DNA of 64,000 nucleotides from an uncultured Lachnospiraceae bacterium (lineage in GTDB: Bacteria > Bacillota > Clostridia > Lachnospirales > Lachnospiraceae): contig CACYNO010000008.1 in the NCBI GenBank assembly GCA_902775895.1, positions 17,557 through 81,556 of the forward strand, given 5' to 3'. Shown here piece after piece: positions 1 through 11,224 of this stretch. Each line of letters opens with the position of its first letter. Position 1 is the stretch's first letter. A program made the translations under genes and the position numbers. A model generated the notes under the pieces. It searched no databases. It saw nothing but the letters and a program-made list of their open reading frames with translations, and had not been told where the DNA came from.

Positions 1-1209
1 CCCGATTTCAGCCACGAATTCGGAATTGCTATAGATATCGGTACAACTACAGTTGCCGCAGCTTTGGTGGATATCACGGACGGATGCATAATAGACACTG
101 TTTCCTGCATCAACTCCCAGCGTCCTCTCGGTCAGGATGTTATAAGCAGACTGCGCTCTGCCACTTCAGGCAACGCGAGGCTTTTAAAGAAGCTGATAGA
201 AAAGGACCTGATCAAACTTGGTGAAAAGTTCTTTATCAAACAACCCGAAGCCTATGTAAAAGTACGTAAGATCACGATCGCATGCAATACCGTTATGAGC
301 CACATACTTCTCGGATACCCGTGTGACGGGCTTGCCACAGCCCCTTTTAAACCATTCTCTCTTGCGGAATCAAAGCTTTCTCCTGCTGAATTGTTTACGG
401 AAAACGATACCTCAAGGATTTTCTCCGAAAACTGTGTTTTTGATATATTACCCGGGATAGGTCCTTTTGCAGGTTCTGACATTGCAGCCGGACTCATGAA
501 ATACGGTTTTGCCGATGATATAAATGATACTGCTTTTATCGATCTGGGAACCAACTCCGAGATAGCTCTTATTCACGATAAAACTATTTATATCACTGCC
601 GCCGCTGCAGGACCGGCTTTTGAGGGTGGTCATATATCGTGTGGCATTCCCGGTATACCCGGTGCCATCAAAGAATTGAGCATTTCAGATAATAAATGCT
701 ACATAAAGACAATTGATGATAAGATGCCCGAAGGAATTTGCGGAACAGGTATTGTCAGTGCCGTATCTTCATTTCTAAAAAACGGTATTATAGACAAAAC
801 CGGAAAATATAACGATACATACTTTTTATCAGGCTTTACATTTTATGAAAACATCACTCTGACACAAGATGACATAAGAGAATTTCAACTGGCAAAAGGC
901 GCCATCAGAGCCGGACTTGAGTCCTTAATGAAGAAAGCACAGATTACCGACATCAACAAACTTTTCATCGCCGGAGGATTCGGCACCAACCTGAACCCGG
1001 ATGATGCAGTTGAGATCGGTCTCATCCCACCGGGTCTGAATGACAAATGCACAGCTGTAGGTAATTCTTCTTTAGAAGGCGCTATCGCCTACCTGACCGA
1101 TAAAGAATCATTTAAAAAGATAAACCGGGTGATCGATATATCGGAAGAGATCAATCTGGCAAATGACAGTGATTTTCAAAGTCTTTATATAAAAAATATG
1201 AATTTCTGA
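1..1209 (+). CDS. DUF4445/ASKHA-fold corrinoid reductive-activation protein (RACo/RamA-like), 5' end outside window
   Basis: Frame is open from nt 1 (PDFSHEFGIAIDIGTTTVAAALVD = ASKHA DxGTT phosphate-1 motif). Listed ORF 64..1209 starts at an internal TTG. Ends 14 nt before the metH-like gene. Confidence 0.7.
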   Translation, partial: PDFSHEFGIAIDIGTTTVAAALVDITDGCIIDTVSCINSQRPLGQDVISRLRSATSGNARLLKKLIEKDLIKLGEKFFIKQPEAYVKVRKITIACNTVMSHILLGYPCDGLATAPFKPFSLAESKLSPAELFTENDTSRIFSENCVFDILPGIGPFAGSDIAAGLMKYGFADDINDTAFIDLGTNSEIALIHDKTIYITAAAAGPAFEGGHISCGIPGIPGAIKELSISDNKCYIKTIDDKMPEGICGTGIVSAVSSFLKNGIIDKTGKYNDTYFLSGFTFYENITLTQDDIREFQLAKGAIRAGLESLMKKAQITDINKLFIAGGFGTNLNPDDAVEIGLIPPGLNDKCTAVGNSSLEGAIAYLTDKESFKKINRVIDISEEINLANDSDFQSLYIKNMNF

Positions 1210-1223
1210 GATCGGAGGAAAAT

Positions 1224-3656
1224 ATGAGGCGGGAAGATTTTAAAAAACTTGCTAACGAACAGATACTGATATTAGACGGGGCCACGGGCACAAATCTTCA
1301 AAAGCTGGGACTGCCGTCGGGAGTATGTCCTGAAAAATGGATACTGGAAAATCCTGATAAATTGATCAGTCTGCAAAAAGAATACGTTGAAGCAGGGAGC
1401 ATGTTCCTGTATGCTCCCACTTTCGGCTGTAACAGGATAAAACTTGCCGAATACGGTCTTGAAAAAAAGATAGTCGAAATGAACAATGGACTTGTGGCGC
1501 TGTCTCGTAAAGCAGCATGTGATAAAGCCTACGTTTGCGGTGATATGACCATGACCGGAAAACAGTTGATCCCCACGGGTACTATGGAGTTTGAAGAACT
1601 GGTTGATATTTATAAAGAACAGGCTGATATCCTGATAAAAGCCGGAGTTGATCTTTTTGCTGTAGAGACCATGATGAGCCTGAATGAAACCAGAGCTGCC
1701 ATTATCGCCATAAGAGAGCTTTGTGACCTTCCCATTATGGCCACTCTTACATTCGAATCTGACGGACGGACTCTTTTCGGTACACCTCCTGAAGTTGTAC
1801 CGGGTGTTCTGGAAGGTCTTGGTGCAGATGCCGTGGGTATTAACTGCGGTCTGGGTCCCGAGACAATGACCGGGCTTATCGATACCATGTATATGTACTC
1901 AAATATTCCTGTTATCGCAAAACCTAATAACGGTCTGCCGAAACTCCAGGACGGAAAAACTGTATATGATATGACTCCCGAAGAATTTGTCCATGGAGCA
2001 AAAGATCTGCTTCTTACCGGGGCACGGATAATCGGCGGTTGCTGTGGCACCACTCCCGAACATATACGCATATTAAAGGAAATGATAAAAGACGTGGATC
2101 CAATGCCCGTCAGAAATGAAAAAAGACGTGTATTTTCATCAGAAAGAAAGATCGCCGAGATATTTCCGGGTGAAAAATTCACTGTCATAGGTGAGCGTAT
2201 TAATCCTACAGGGAAAAAAGCGCTGCAGGAACAGCTCAGAGCCGGCAATCTCGATATGGTAAGGAAAATGGCCGAAAGCCAGGAAGAAAACGGCGCTGAG
2301 ATCCTTGATATCAACATGGGGACCAACGGAATCGATGAAAAGGAAATGATGCTGAAAGCCGTAAATGAAGTTGGTATGGTAAGCGACTGCCCTCTATGTA
2401 TAGACTCCAGCTTTCCTGATGTTATCGAAGCTGCTCTTCGCATCTATCCCGGACGGGCACTTATCAATTCCATATCATGTGAAAAGGAAAAATTTGATAC
2501 ATTACTTCCCATAGCAAAAAAATACGGGGCAGGCTTCATACTCCTACCTCTTACGGACGAAGGAATACCGGAAACTACTGAAAAAAAACATGATATCCTG
2601 CATAATGCACTTAAGAAAATATACGAGGCAGGTTTTTCTAAAGAGGATATCATCGTCGACGCACTGGCTGCTACTGTTGGCGCCGATTCCGGTGCCGCCC
2701 TTTCATGCCTGGAGACATTTTCCCATTGTAAAAATGACCTGGGGCTTGCCAGTGTATGCGGTCTTTCCAACATATCCTTCGGGCTTCCGGGAAGGGGTTT
2801 CGTTAATTCCTCTTTCCTTGCTCTGGCAATAGCAAATGGTCTGACCATGGCTATAGCAAACCCCGAGCAGGATCTTCTGATGAATACTGCATTTGCTACT
2901 GACTTGCTGCTTAACAGACAGGGAAGTGATATAAGATATATAAACAGGATAAACTACTACGAAGAGCACGCTGACGATAGTGCCCCTGTCACGGTTTCTC
3001 CAAAGCCTAAAACGGCCCCTGTAGTAAAAAAAGAAGACCTACACCCCATTTTTAAAGCAGTACTTGACGGAGACAAGGAAAATATAATATCACTCACCCA
3101 AAAAGCTCTTGATAATGGAGAGGCTCCCGGCGACATATTGAATAACTATCTTATCTCAGCGATAAATAAAGTCGGTGAACTTTTTGAAAAGAAAGTCTAC
3201 TTTCTTCCCCAACTGATAGCCTCAGCCAATGCCATGGAGACGGCAATCGGATATCTTGAACCAATGCTGAAAAAAGGCGTCGGCGATGAAAAAGCCGTGA
3301 TAGTTATCGCCACGGTTGAAGGTGATGTGCATGATATCGGAAAAAACCTTGTTGCTCTCATGCTTAAAAATTACGGATATAAGGTAATCGACTTAGGAAA
3401 AGACGTTCCTGCTGAAACGATAATAGATACTGCAATAAAAGAAAAAGCAGACATAATTGGGCTGTCTGCTCTTATGACCACAACTATGATCCGTATGAAA
3501 GATGTAATTGATCTGGCCGGGAAGCGTGGTTGCACGGCTAAGATCATCATAGGCGGTGCCGCTATCACAGACAGCTATGCAAAGGAGATCGGTGCCGACG
3601 GATACTCCAAGGATGCTGCAGATTGCGTAAAACTGGTGTCGGAATTATTATCTTAA
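1224..3656 (+). CDS. metH: cobalamin-dependent methionine synthase, three-module form (Hcy methyltransferase + pterin-binding + B12-binding) lacking the AdoMet reactivation domain
   Basis: 810 aa. GGCCGTTPEHI Hcy/Zn motif, pterin-binding block, EGDVHDIGKN (DxHxxG) and SALMTTT B12-binding motifs. ORF stops right after the B12 domain. Confidence 0.9.
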   Translation: MRREDFKKLANEQILILDGATGTNLQKLGLPSGVCPEKWILENPDKLISLQKEYVEAGSMFLYAPTFGCNRIKLAEYGLEKKIVEMNNGLVALSRKAACDKAYVCGDMTMTGKQLIPTGTMEFEELVDIYKEQADILIKAGVDLFAVETMMSLNETRAAIIAIRELCDLPIMATLTFESDGRTLFGTPPEVVPGVLEGLGADAVGINCGLGPETMTGLIDTMYMYSNIPVIAKPNNGLPKLQDGKTVYDMTPEEFVHGAKDLLLTGARIIGGCCGTTPEHIRILKEMIKDVDPMPVRNEKRRVFSSERKIAEIFPGEKFTVIGERINPTGKKALQEQLRAGNLDMVRKMAESQEENGAEILDINMGTNGIDEKEMMLKAVNEVGMVSDCPLCIDSSFPDVIEAALRIYPGRALINSISCEKEKFDTLLPIAKKYGAGFILLPLTDEGIPETTEKKHDILHNALKKIYEAGFSKEDIIVDALAATVGADSGAALSCLETFSHCKNDLGLASVCGLSNISFGLPGRGFVNSSFLALAIANGLTMAIANPEQDLLMNTAFATDLLLNRQGSDIRYINRINYYEEHADDSAPVTVSPKPKTAPVVKKEDLHPIFKAVLDGDKENIISLTQKALDNGEAPGDILNNYLISAINKVGELFEKKVYFLPQLIASANAMETAIGYLEPMLKKGVGDEKAVIVIATVEGDVHDIGKNLVALMLKNYGYKVIDLGKDVPAETIIDTAIKEKADIIGLSALMTTTMIRMKDVIDLAGKRGCTAKIIIGGAAITDSYAKEIGADGYSKDAADCVKLVSELLS

Positions 3657-3698
3657 GTCCTATTTATTCAGATCAGAAAAATGTGTCTAAACAAGATT

Positions 3699-3737
3699 AA
3701 AGCCTGGACATTTCCACAAACCAAATGTCCCGGCTTT
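3699..3737. terminator. bidirectional hairpin between convergent genes
   Basis: AAAGCCTGGACATTT / AAATGTCCCGGCTTT arms (14/15 complementary) with 9-nt loop, between metH (+) and the 3750..4571 ORF (-). Confidence 0.5.
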
Positions 3738-3749
3738 GATTACTACAGA

Positions 3750-4571
3750 TCATCCTTCGAATATCTGGAATATAACAAATGATGCGCCACCGTTGTTGCT
3801 GACGTATTCCACGCGTACGGAGTTCCGGGAAAGGCGTTTTATGTCTATAAGGTGTCCTCCCCTTCTGACCAGTGCTGCAAATTCACGGGCCGCATCGACC
3901 ATAACCTGATTTGCTTCTTCTTCAGTAGCATAATCATCCTTGCTCACCCTGCTTACTTTGTTATATCCTCTTTCGGAATCGTACCTTACTACACCATACA
4001 TCCCTTTTGTTACGGGATTATCTTCTATATTCGTAGACCACTGTGCTTTTATTGCGTCAGGTTTATTTTCATAAACATTTTTAGGAATGAGGGGAAGCGC
4101 ATGCCCCGTTTTCTTTTTAGGTTCTTTATTTTCTTTCCCTTCAGGTAATTCAGGAAGCCTGTCAGTTTTTTCTTCTTTTATGTCAGGTTCATCACCAAAT
4201 TTTGAATGTTCCACATACCATTCGATCAGGAAATCAACATCGTTTACATATACGATCCTCTGGGAACTCCACTTGCCGGTACCTCCTAATGTATATGAAT
4301 GGTCATCAGGCTCACTAAACTGTGCATCTTTAACATTTATCTCCCAGTTTTTTCCGGCCAGCTCTCCTTCTTTTATAAAAACCGTAATAGTCTGTCCTGT
4401 TTTGACGATCTCACCAAAAACCTCAATACTGCCTATATAACCGGCTTCATTTCTTACGTTACATTTTACGATAACCTTACTCCCAATCAGCTCACTGACC
4501 AGCATTTCATCCTCCAAAACAATCAGTTTATTTTTTTCTTTGTACTTATGGCTCCGTGTGCCATAGTACAC
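3750..4571 (-). CDS. hypothetical protein
   Basis: 273-aa ORF with no overlapping stronger ORF; no family recognised. Confidence 0.5.
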   Translation of the reverse strand: MYYGTRSHKYKEKNKLIVLEDEMLVSELIGSKVIVKCNVRNEAGYIGSIEVFGEIVKTGQTITVFIKEGELAGKNWEINVKDAQFSEPDDHSYTLGGTGKWSSQRIVYVNDVDFLIEWYVEHSKFGDEPDIKEEKTDRLPELPEGKENKEPKKKTGHALPLIPKNVYENKPDAIKAQWSTNIEDNPVTKGMYGVVRYDSERGYNKVSRVSKDDYATEEEANQVMVDAAREFAALVRRGGHLIDIKRLSRNSVRVEYVSNNGGASFVIFQIFEG

Positions 4572-4579
4572 AGAACCGG

Positions 4580-5461
4580 TCAGGTAAGTTTTCTGTTAAA
4601 TAAAAATGCGTTTTTGTGATGAGGCATCATTCGCTTCATAAAATCGAAAACTTCATCCTTGTGAAAAATATCTTTATGTCTGAAAACAGACTTTTCTTCT
4701 AATTCGTGTTCAAAATAGTCAACCTCTGCCTTAAGGTCACTTATCTGCTGCTTCCAATACAAGTCTGCTTCTTCACCAACGGGAAGCGTTCTCCGTTTAA
4801 TAACGGGCGTTTTTTTCTCCATAAGTTGCCACTTCAGTGTAGCCATCTTATCACGGAGCACCCTTAGCCCTAAAGTTCTCTCATATTTTGTAATGTTAAA
4901 AGCTTTGCCGAGTATGGAATAAACCATCTCACCATGCCTGTGGGTAGCTACAGGAGCAACAAGTGCACCTGATTCCTTTGCAATATCATATACGCCGGGA
5001 AATATACCCGCCACAAGCTGATTAGGGGACAGATTCCATGTCCCTTCCGGAAACATGAGAACGTTCCCACCCATCTTCAAAAGATGTAACATCTTATCCT
5101 TTGAGGCTTTTCTGCTTTCTTTATCAGTCCTGTCAACAAGTATCACTCCGTTTGCCCACGCAAGTACACCGTCTGTTGTTTTAAAAAACTGCTCCAGACT
5201 GCCTACAAGGATATAGGCATGCCTTCCCAGAGTCATAACACTATTATCAACATCCTCTTTAAAACCATGGGTAGCTGCAAAAATGACGGGTCTGTCCTTC
5301 GGCATTTTTGCACGGCGCACTATCTCCAGCCTTGTAGGAGTCTTAAAATGGATTATCTTGTTAAAAGCCGGATTCAGAAATCTTCTGAAGGCCAGGCCAT
5401 TTTTTGAAAGAGTCTTTTGCGGATCATTATTAAGTAAATACTCCAAAAATCTGTTGTTCAT
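4580..5461 (-). CDS. PlsC-family acyltransferase (lysophospholipid acyltransferase-like)
   Basis: 293 aa. HX4D motif (ATHGFKED) and downstream FPEGT block typical of glycerolipid acyltransferases. Confidence 0.7.
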   Translation of the reverse strand: MNNRFLEYLLNNDPQKTLSKNGLAFRRFLNPAFNKIIHFKTPTRLEIVRRAKMPKDRPVIFAATHGFKEDVDNSVMTLGRHAYILVGSLEQFFKTTDGVLAWANGVILVDRTDKESRKASKDKMLHLLKMGGNVLMFPEGTWNLSPNQLVAGIFPGVYDIAKESGALVAPVATHRHGEMVYSILGKAFNITKYERTLGLRVLRDKMATLKWQLMEKKTPVIKRRTLPVGEEADLYWKQQISDLKAEVDYFEHELEEKSVFRHKDIFHKDEVFDFMKRMMPHHKNAFLFNRKLT

Positions 5462-5477
5462 AGGTCTCCCTGTTTGA

Positions 5478-5744
5478 TCATATAAATGAAACTACTATGC
5501 CAAGTATAAAGAAAAACGGTATTTCCATAAATATTGGTATTATTGATAAAATTTTAATGGACCTCCTGTTAGTCCCTCTGGCAAACAAAAACGAAAACAC
5601 CCCGGGGACTGCAGAGACAAGACTACCGATTATCATCCATGCAGAAATAATAAGAGTATGTCCGTCGATAAGACCCGCAATGGCAAATACCAGTGGCAGT
5701 ATCATTGCAGATATCGCAAAAAAAAGTGCTAATCTGTTTCTCAT
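5478..5744 (-). CDS. small integral membrane protein
   Basis: 88 aa, three hydrophobic segments, directly upstream of the acyltransferase. Confidence 0.45.
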   Translation of the reverse strand: MRNRLALFFAISAMILPLVFAIAGLIDGHTLIISAWMIIGSLVSAVPGVFSFLFARGTNRRSIKILSIIPIFMEIPFFFILGIVVSFI

Positions 5745-5813
5745 CTTGTCTGTTCCTTTTTAACGGAACTTTCCTTTCAATTATTTTCGCTCTTTATTGT
5801 AACATATAAATTT

Positions 5814-5842
5814 AAAAAAAAACCACGCATATGCGCGGTTTT
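5814..5842 (-). terminator. rho-independent terminator of the cell-wall protein gene
   Basis: Minus strand AACCGCGCATATGCGTGGTT hairpin followed by a run of T. Confidence 0.6.
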
Positions 5843-5874
5843 AAAATATATGTAAACAAAAGTGAATCCAAAAA

Positions 5875-6819
5875 TTAAAGAATCTTATACTTTACCGTAC
5901 GGAGACCCCAACTGTTACAACTATTGAATCCGAATGCTCTGAATACTCCGGGCTGAAGGTCAAGGGCACGTGAGCCACCGCCCATACCGCCTACATCATT
6001 GATAGTAGCAGTAACAACCTTGTTTCCGTATGCGATCATAACCTTGTGTCCGAGAAGATCTCTTCTTCCCCATGCCATAGGAATAGCAACACCCATAGAG
6101 CTTTCAGTTACTTTGGCACCTGTTGCAGTCGTAGACCCGCATCCCGGATCCGTCTTTCCGCCGTATGCAGATGCAACGCCTGACTTCCAGCCTGATGTAT
6201 CAACGTCTTTGGTAGATGTAATATCCGCTTTTGATGCCCATCCCTTTGCGTCGAATTTATAATTTTTACCGTCAACCTTCATAGTAGTTGAAGTAACTAA
6301 CCAACCGTTACTGCCAAAGTAAGAGTCATGGGCTGCTTCTGACTTTGTCTTGTCAAAATGCTTCCATCCGGTCTGAAGCCAACCGTTTCCTCCGAAGTAT
6401 GACCAATGGGTTTTGCAATTATTGTCAGGATTTGATGTTCCCTTGCCCATCTGCTGCCATCCGGTTCTAAGCCATCCGTTCGGTCCAAAATAACTCCAAT
6501 GCGCTGTTTTCTCTCCTTCGGCTTTGCCCATCTTGTGCCAGCCTGTATAGATAAATCCATCTTTTCCGAAATATGACCAATGAGTAGTCTTCTCTCCTTC
6601 GGCTTTGCCCATTTTGTGCCAACCCGTATAAGCTTTACCGTCTTTTCCGTAATACTTATATCTGCCGTTTTCGTTTACCCAGCCTTTTTTCACCGTTGCT
6701 GTCTTAGTAGTAGCCGCTTCAACTTCCTGAACGCCGCCTACGCCTGCACCTACAGAAAGAGTTGCTGAACAAACACCACCGGCGAGAAGTAAACCTGTTA
6801 CCAACTTACGAATTTTCAT
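5875..6819 (-). CDS. secreted cell-wall-binding repeat protein with C-terminal RlpA-like double-psi beta-barrel domain
   Basis: Signal peptide. Repeated GW..MGK....HWSYFG..G (CW_binding-like) units with near-identical DNA repeats about 6480-6650. C-terminal ASAYGG...TATG...INDVGG block. Confidence 0.7.
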   Translation of the reverse strand: MKIRKLVTGLLLAGGVCSATLSVGAGVGGVQEVEAATTKTATVKKGWVNENGRYKYYGKDGKAYTGWHKMGKAEGEKTTHWSYFGKDGFIYTGWHKMGKAEGEKTAHWSYFGPNGWLRTGWQQMGKGTSNPDNNCKTHWSYFGGNGWLQTGWKHFDKTKSEAAHDSYFGSNGWLVTSTTMKVDGKNYKFDAKGWASKADITSTKDVDTSGWKSGVASAYGGKTDPGCGSTTATGAKVTESSMGVAIPMAWGRRDLLGHKVMIAYGNKVVTATINDVGGMGGGSRALDLQPGVFRAFGFNSCNSWGLRTVKYKIL

Positions 6820-6995
6820 GATTAAAAAAGTCTCCTATTTTCTATTGTCGTTCTCCGACTTGATTTTAAATATTACAAATATGTTACAATTTGTTACGTT
6901 GTGATTATAGATCAATTACTTTAATATGTCAAATGTTTTTAGAATTTTTTTATTTCTTCATTCGTGGCTTGCATTCCTATGAATGCGTCTGCACG

Positions 6996-7033
6996 AAAAA
7001 AACACCTTGCAAGCAAGCTTGCAGGTGTTTTTT
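6996..7033. terminator. bidirectional terminator downstream of rpsI
   Basis: A-run, CACCTTGCAAGC/GCTTGCAGGTG hairpin, T-run. Confidence 0.6.
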
Positions 7034-7061
7034 CCATGCATCCGAATTCGCAGATAACTGC

Positions 7062-7466
7062 TTATCTCTTTGAGAACTGAGGAGCTTTACGCGCCTTTTT
7101 AAGTCCGTACTTTTTACGCTCTTTGGTTCTGGGATCTCTTGTTAAGTATCCTGCCTGCTTAAGAAGCGGACGATACTCTTCAAGGTCTGCCTCAAGGAGG
7201 GCTCTTGCGATACCATGTCTGATGGCTCCTGCCTGTCCTGTAGTTCCGCCTCCTTTTACGTTTACCTTAACGTCATATCTTCCTTCGGTATTGGTTGCCT
7301 GGAAAGGCTGGTTAACAATAACCTTTAATGTCTCAGGTCCGAAGTACTCGTCAAGATCTTTCTTATTAACTGTTATCTTACCGCTTCCCGGTGTAAGATA
7401 AACTCTTGCCACGCTGCTCTTTCTTCTTCCCGTTCCGTAGAACGCTCCGTTTGCTGTCTTAGCCAA
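7062..7466 (-). CDS. rpsI: 30S ribosomal protein S9
   Basis: 134 aa, C-terminal ...[14 protein letters not shown], follows rplM. Confidence 0.97.
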   Translation of the reverse strand: MAKTANGAFYGTGRRKSSVARVYLTPGSGKITVNKKDLDEYFGPETLKVIVNQPFQATNTEGRYDVKVNVKGGGTTGQAGAIRHGIARALLEADLEEYRPLLKQAGYLTRDPRTKERKKYGLKKARKAPQFSKR

Positions 7467-7483
7467 TTATTCTTCCTCCTTCC

Positions 7484-7912
7484 TTAAAATGTAAGCTCTT
7501 CAGGGTTCTGTGCGCTGTGCTTGTGCTCAGGTCCTGCATATACATGAAGCTTCTTGTACATCTGCTCGCCAAGGGCTCCCTTTGGAAGCATTCCTTTTAC
7601 TGCATGCTCAAAAACTCTTTCGGGGTGCTTCTCAAGCATCTCTTTGATAGGAACCTCTTTCGCTCCGCCGATATAACCTGAATGACGAAAGTATGTCTTC
7701 TGGTCTATCTTATTACCTGTAAGTTTAGCATCTTTTGCGTTGATAACGATCACATAATCTCCGCAGTCAACATAAGGAGTATATTCAGGCTTGTTCTTAC
7801 CCCTTAATATAGAAGCAACACGAGACGCAAGACGTCCCAGTGTGTACTGTGATGCGTCAACCACATACCATTTTCTCGTAATGGTTGAGGCATTTGCCAT
7901 TGTTGTCTTCAT
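7484..7912 (-). CDS. rplM: 50S ribosomal protein L13
   Basis: 142 aa, N-terminal ...RKWYVVDA..., canonical rplM-rpsI pair. Confidence 0.97.
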   Translation of the reverse strand: MKTTMANASTITRKWYVVDASQYTLGRLASRVASILRGKNKPEYTPYVDCGDYVIVINAKDAKLTGNKIDQKTYFRHSGYIGGAKEVPIKEMLEKHPERVFEHAVKGMLPKGALGEQMYKKLHVYAGPEHKHSAQNPEELTF

Positions 7913-8037
7913 TTATATCATTCCTCCGTTAAAACGAAAAAAAATCATTGTGTTACCCTGCTTCCTTTTCCCGGGGCTAATGGGAAGAAAGGAAAGCGCA
8001 TTATAAAACCGTGACGCAGTATGCGCCACGGTTAGTT

Positions 8038-8066
8038 ATTATAGTAAAATTAAAACAAGGTGTCAA
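8038..8066 (-). promoter_or_regulatory. consensus sigma-70-type promoter for rplM-rpsI
   Basis: Minus strand TTGACA - 17 nt - TATAAT, followed by a hairpin-rich leader (7913-8037). Confidence 0.6.
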
Positions 8067-8085
8067 TGCATTTTGCTAATAAAAA

Positions 8086-9897
8086 TCAATCTTCATCGAG
8101 CTTTAACACACTCATGAACGCCCTCTGGGGAATATTCACCTTACCTATCTGACGCATACGCTTCTTTCCTTCTTTTTGTTTTTCAAGAAGTTTCTTCTTT
8201 CGTGAGATGTCACCACCGTAACATTTGGCAAGGACGTCTTTCCTTAAAGCTCTTACTGTCTCTCTTGCAATGACCTTATTCCCGATGGCTGCCTGTATGG
8301 GCACTTCAAAAAGCTGACGCGGGATCTCTTCTTTTAACTTCTCACACATCTTTCTTCCCCTCTCCACTGCACTTCCCGCAAATACTATGAAAGAAAGAGC
8401 ATCCACTTCTTCTCTGTTTATCAGGATATCCAGTTTACAGAGTTTGGACTCCTTGTATCCCGAAAGTTCATAGTCAAAAGAAGCATATCCTCTGGAACGT
8501 GACTTAAGGGCATCAAAGAAGTCGTATATTATCTCATTAAGGGGAAGTTCATACTTAAGCAGTGCACGGTTTTCTTCTATATATTCCATGCCATGGTATA
8601 CACCCCGCCTTTGCTGGCAAAGCTCCATAATGGTTCCCACATACTCTTTAGTCACCATAATCTCCGCATCGACCACAGGCTCCTCCATATATGATATCTC
8701 AGATACATCCGGAAGATTCGACGGATTGGTAAGCTCTATTACTTCTCCGTCAGTCTTATACACCTTATATACAACACCCGGTGCAGTGGTCACTATGTCA
8801 AGGTTATATTCTCTCTCAAGTCTCTCCTGTATGATCTCTAAATGGAGAAGCCCAAGGAATCCACATCTGAATCCAAATCCCAATGCTATGGAATTCTCAG
8901 GCTCATATGTAAGGGCCGCATCGTTTAGCTGAAGTTTTTCAAGAGCGTCTCTCAGGTCCTGATACTTTGCCCCATCAGCCGGATATATACCACAGAACAC
9001 CATGGGATTTACTTTTTTATATCCCGGAAGAGGATTTTCACAGGGCCTTTTATCTTCCGTGACCGTATCACCTACGCTTACGTCTTTAACATTCTTAATG
9101 GCTGCTGTTATATATCCGACCATACCTGCCGTCAGCTCGTCACACGGGATAAACTGTCCCGGCCCGAAAGTTCCCACTTCGGCAACTTCCTCTACGGCAC
9201 CGGTAGCCATAAGCCTGATGCGGGTGCCTTTTTTCACGGTACCTTGCATTACTCTTACAAAAATCACCGCACCTTTGTATGCATCATAAAAAGAATCAAA
9301 TATAAGAGCAGACAAAGGAGCTGTCTCATCACCTTCAGGTGCCGGTATTTTTTTTACTACTGCCTCAAGGACTTCTTCTATATTAATACCGTTCTTTGCA
9401 GAAATTAAAGGAGCATCATCCGCCTCGATCCCTATTACGTCTTCTATCTCTTCTTTAACGCGCTCAGGTTCTGCACTGGGAAGGTCTATCTTATTGATAA
9501 CGGGAAAAACCTCTAAGTTATGGTCTATCGCCAGATACACATTGGCAAGGGTCTGGGCTTCTATACCTTGAGCTGCATCCACAACAAGGATAGCTCCTTC
9601 ACATGCCGCAAGTGATCTTGACACTTCATAATTAAAGTCCACATGCCCCGGCGTATCTATAAGATTAAAGACATATTCATGACCATCTGAGGCTTTGTAC
9701 TTAAGTCTGACGGTCTGGGCTTTTATTGTAATGCCCCTTTCCCTTTCAAGGTCCATGTTGTCAAGGACCTGCTCCTGCATTTCTCTTTCGGTAAGGGTCT
9801 GGGTCTTTTCTATAAGGCGATCCGCAAGAGTTGATTTGCCGTGATCGATATGTGCTATTATGCAAAAATTTCGTATATATTCACGATTATCTGACAT
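8086..9897 (-). CDS. lepA: translation elongation factor 4
   Basis: 603 aa, [17 protein letters not shown]1 motif, DTPGHVDF, LepA C-terminal domain. Confidence 0.97.
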   Translation of the reverse strand: MSDNREYIRNFCIIAHIDHGKSTLADRLIEKTQTLTEREMQEQVLDNMDLERERGITIKAQTVRLKYKASDGHEYVFNLIDTPGHVDFNYEVSRSLAACEGAILVVDAAQGIEAQTLANVYLAIDHNLEVFPVINKIDLPSAEPERVKEEIEDVIGIEADDAPLISAKNGINIEEVLEAVVKKIPAPEGDETAPLSALIFDSFYDAYKGAVIFVRVMQGTVKKGTRIRLMATGAVEEVAEVGTFGPGQFIPCDELTAGMVGYITAAIKNVKDVSVGDTVTEDKRPCENPLPGYKKVNPMVFCGIYPADGAKYQDLRDALEKLQLNDAALTYEPENSIALGFGFRCGFLGLLHLEIIQERLEREYNLDIVTTAPGVVYKVYKTDGEVIELTNPSNLPDVSEISYMEEPVVDAEIMVTKEYVGTIMELCQQRRGVYHGMEYIEENRALLKYELPLNEIIYDFFDALKSRSRGYASFDYELSGYKESKLCKLDILINREEVDALSFIVFAGSAVERGRKMCEKLKEEIPRQLFEVPIQAAIGNKVIARETVRALRKDVLAKCYGGDISRKKKLLEKQKEGKKRMRQIGKVNIPQRAFMSVLKLDED

Positions 9898-9914
9898 ATT
9901 ATTATCTCTCTTCT

Positions 9915-9955
9915 AAAAAATAAAGACCGTCAAACCAAATATCTTTGACGGTCTT
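9915..9955 (-). terminator. rho-independent terminator after ftsZ
   Basis: AAGACCGTCAAA / TTTGACGGTCTT stem; T-run on the minus strand. Confidence 0.6.
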
Positions 9956-9984
9956 CTATTTAATAAACGCTGACTGCGTAAAAA

Positions 9985-11118
9985 TTATTCTCCATCTTTT
10001 TTAAGGAACGTGGGGATATGAATCCCTCCACCCTGTTCTCCCTTATCAGGCTGGGATGCCGCAGGCTTTGCGGGCTCTTCGCGTGCTGGTGATGCAGCTG
10101 CTACCGGTCTGCCCATTGAAGAAGGAGCGCTTGTACCTCTTCTTGATGTCCCTGCTTTGCCAAGCTCCTTATCATCCATTCCTGTAGCGATAACGGTGAT
10201 TGTCACATTGTCACCTTCGTTCTCATCAAACATAACACCGAATATAACATTGGAATCTTCTCCTGCCATCTCTCTTACATAGCTGGCAGCCACATTCACA
10301 TCATCAAGAGATGTGTTACCGGAGATGTTGATGATAACATTTGCAGCTCCTGAAATAGTAGTCTCAAGAAGCGGACTGGAAACAGCCTGCTGCACTGCCT
10401 CAAGCGCCTTTTCATCTCCTGATGAACGACCGATACCGATATGAGCAAATCCCATATCCTTCATAACCGTCTGAACATCTGCAAAGTCAAGATTGATAAG
10501 TGCAGGATAGTTGATAAGATCAGTAATACCCTGTACTGACTGCTGGAGAACCTCATCGGCCTTCTTTAATGCCTCAGGCATGGATGTCCTCTTGTCCACA
10601 ATCTCAAGAAGCTTGTCATTCGGAATAACGATAAGGGTATCAACACTGTCTCTGAGCTTCTCGATACCTACTATCGCATTATCAAGTCTGGTGCGTCCCT
10701 CAAATGTAAAAGGTCTGGTAACTACACCTACCGTAAGAGCACCCTGACCCTTTGCCACGCTGGCAATGACCGGAGCAGCACCCGTTCCGGTTCCGCCACC
10801 CATTCCGCATGTAACGAATACCATGTCTGCTCCCTCAAGTGCTTTTGCGATCTCTTCAAGATTCTCTTCAGCAGCTTTTTCACCGATCTCAGGCTGCGCT
10901 CCGGCACCCAATCCTTTTGTAAGCTTCTCGCCGATCTGGATAGTAGTAGGAGCTTTGCAGCTGAGTAATGCCTGGCTGTCGGTATTCACCCCGATAAGTT
11001 CCGCACTGCTAACATTAGCGTCAACCATACGGTTAACCGCGTTATTTCCGGCACCTCCCACACCTACAACTTTTATCTTTGCAACAGGTTCCACATCATT
11101 TGTATTAATTTCCAACAA
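9985..11118 (-). CDS. ftsZ: cell division GTPase FtsZ
   Basis: 377 aa, [10 protein letters not shown] tubulin signature. Confidence 0.97.
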   Translation of the reverse strand: MLEINTNDVEPVAKIKVVGVGGAGNNAVNRMVDANVSSAELIGVNTDSQALLSCKAPTTIQIGEKLTKGLGAGAQPEIGEKAAEENLEEIAKALEGADMVFVTCGMGGGTGTGAAPVIASVAKGQGALTVGVVTRPFTFEGRTRLDNAIVGIEKLRDSVDTLIVIPNDKLLEIVDKRTSMPEALKKADEVLQQSVQGITDLINYPALINLDFADVQTVMKDMGFAHIGIGRSSGDEKALEAVQQAVSSPLLETTISGAANVIINISGNTSLDDVNVAASYVREMAGEDSNVIFGVMFDENEGDNVTITVIATGMDDKELGKAGTSRRGTSAPSSMGRPVAAASPAREEPAKPAASQPDKGEQGGGIHIPTFLKKDGE

Positions 11119-11224
11119 GGCTCTGGCCCTCCCTTATATTTCACACGTTTATTAACGTCGTTTCTATAATAATGAATACATTCTATAATATTCTATATTT
11201 TTTTAAAAGATTTTTCAACCGTAT

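Noticed and set aside
7913-8037. Ribosomal protein L13 leader RNA upstream of rplM
   Set aside because: Hairpins are present (for example AACCGTGGCGCA/TGCGTCACGGTT), but I cannot match them to the Rfam L13 leader model by eye. I report only the promoter.
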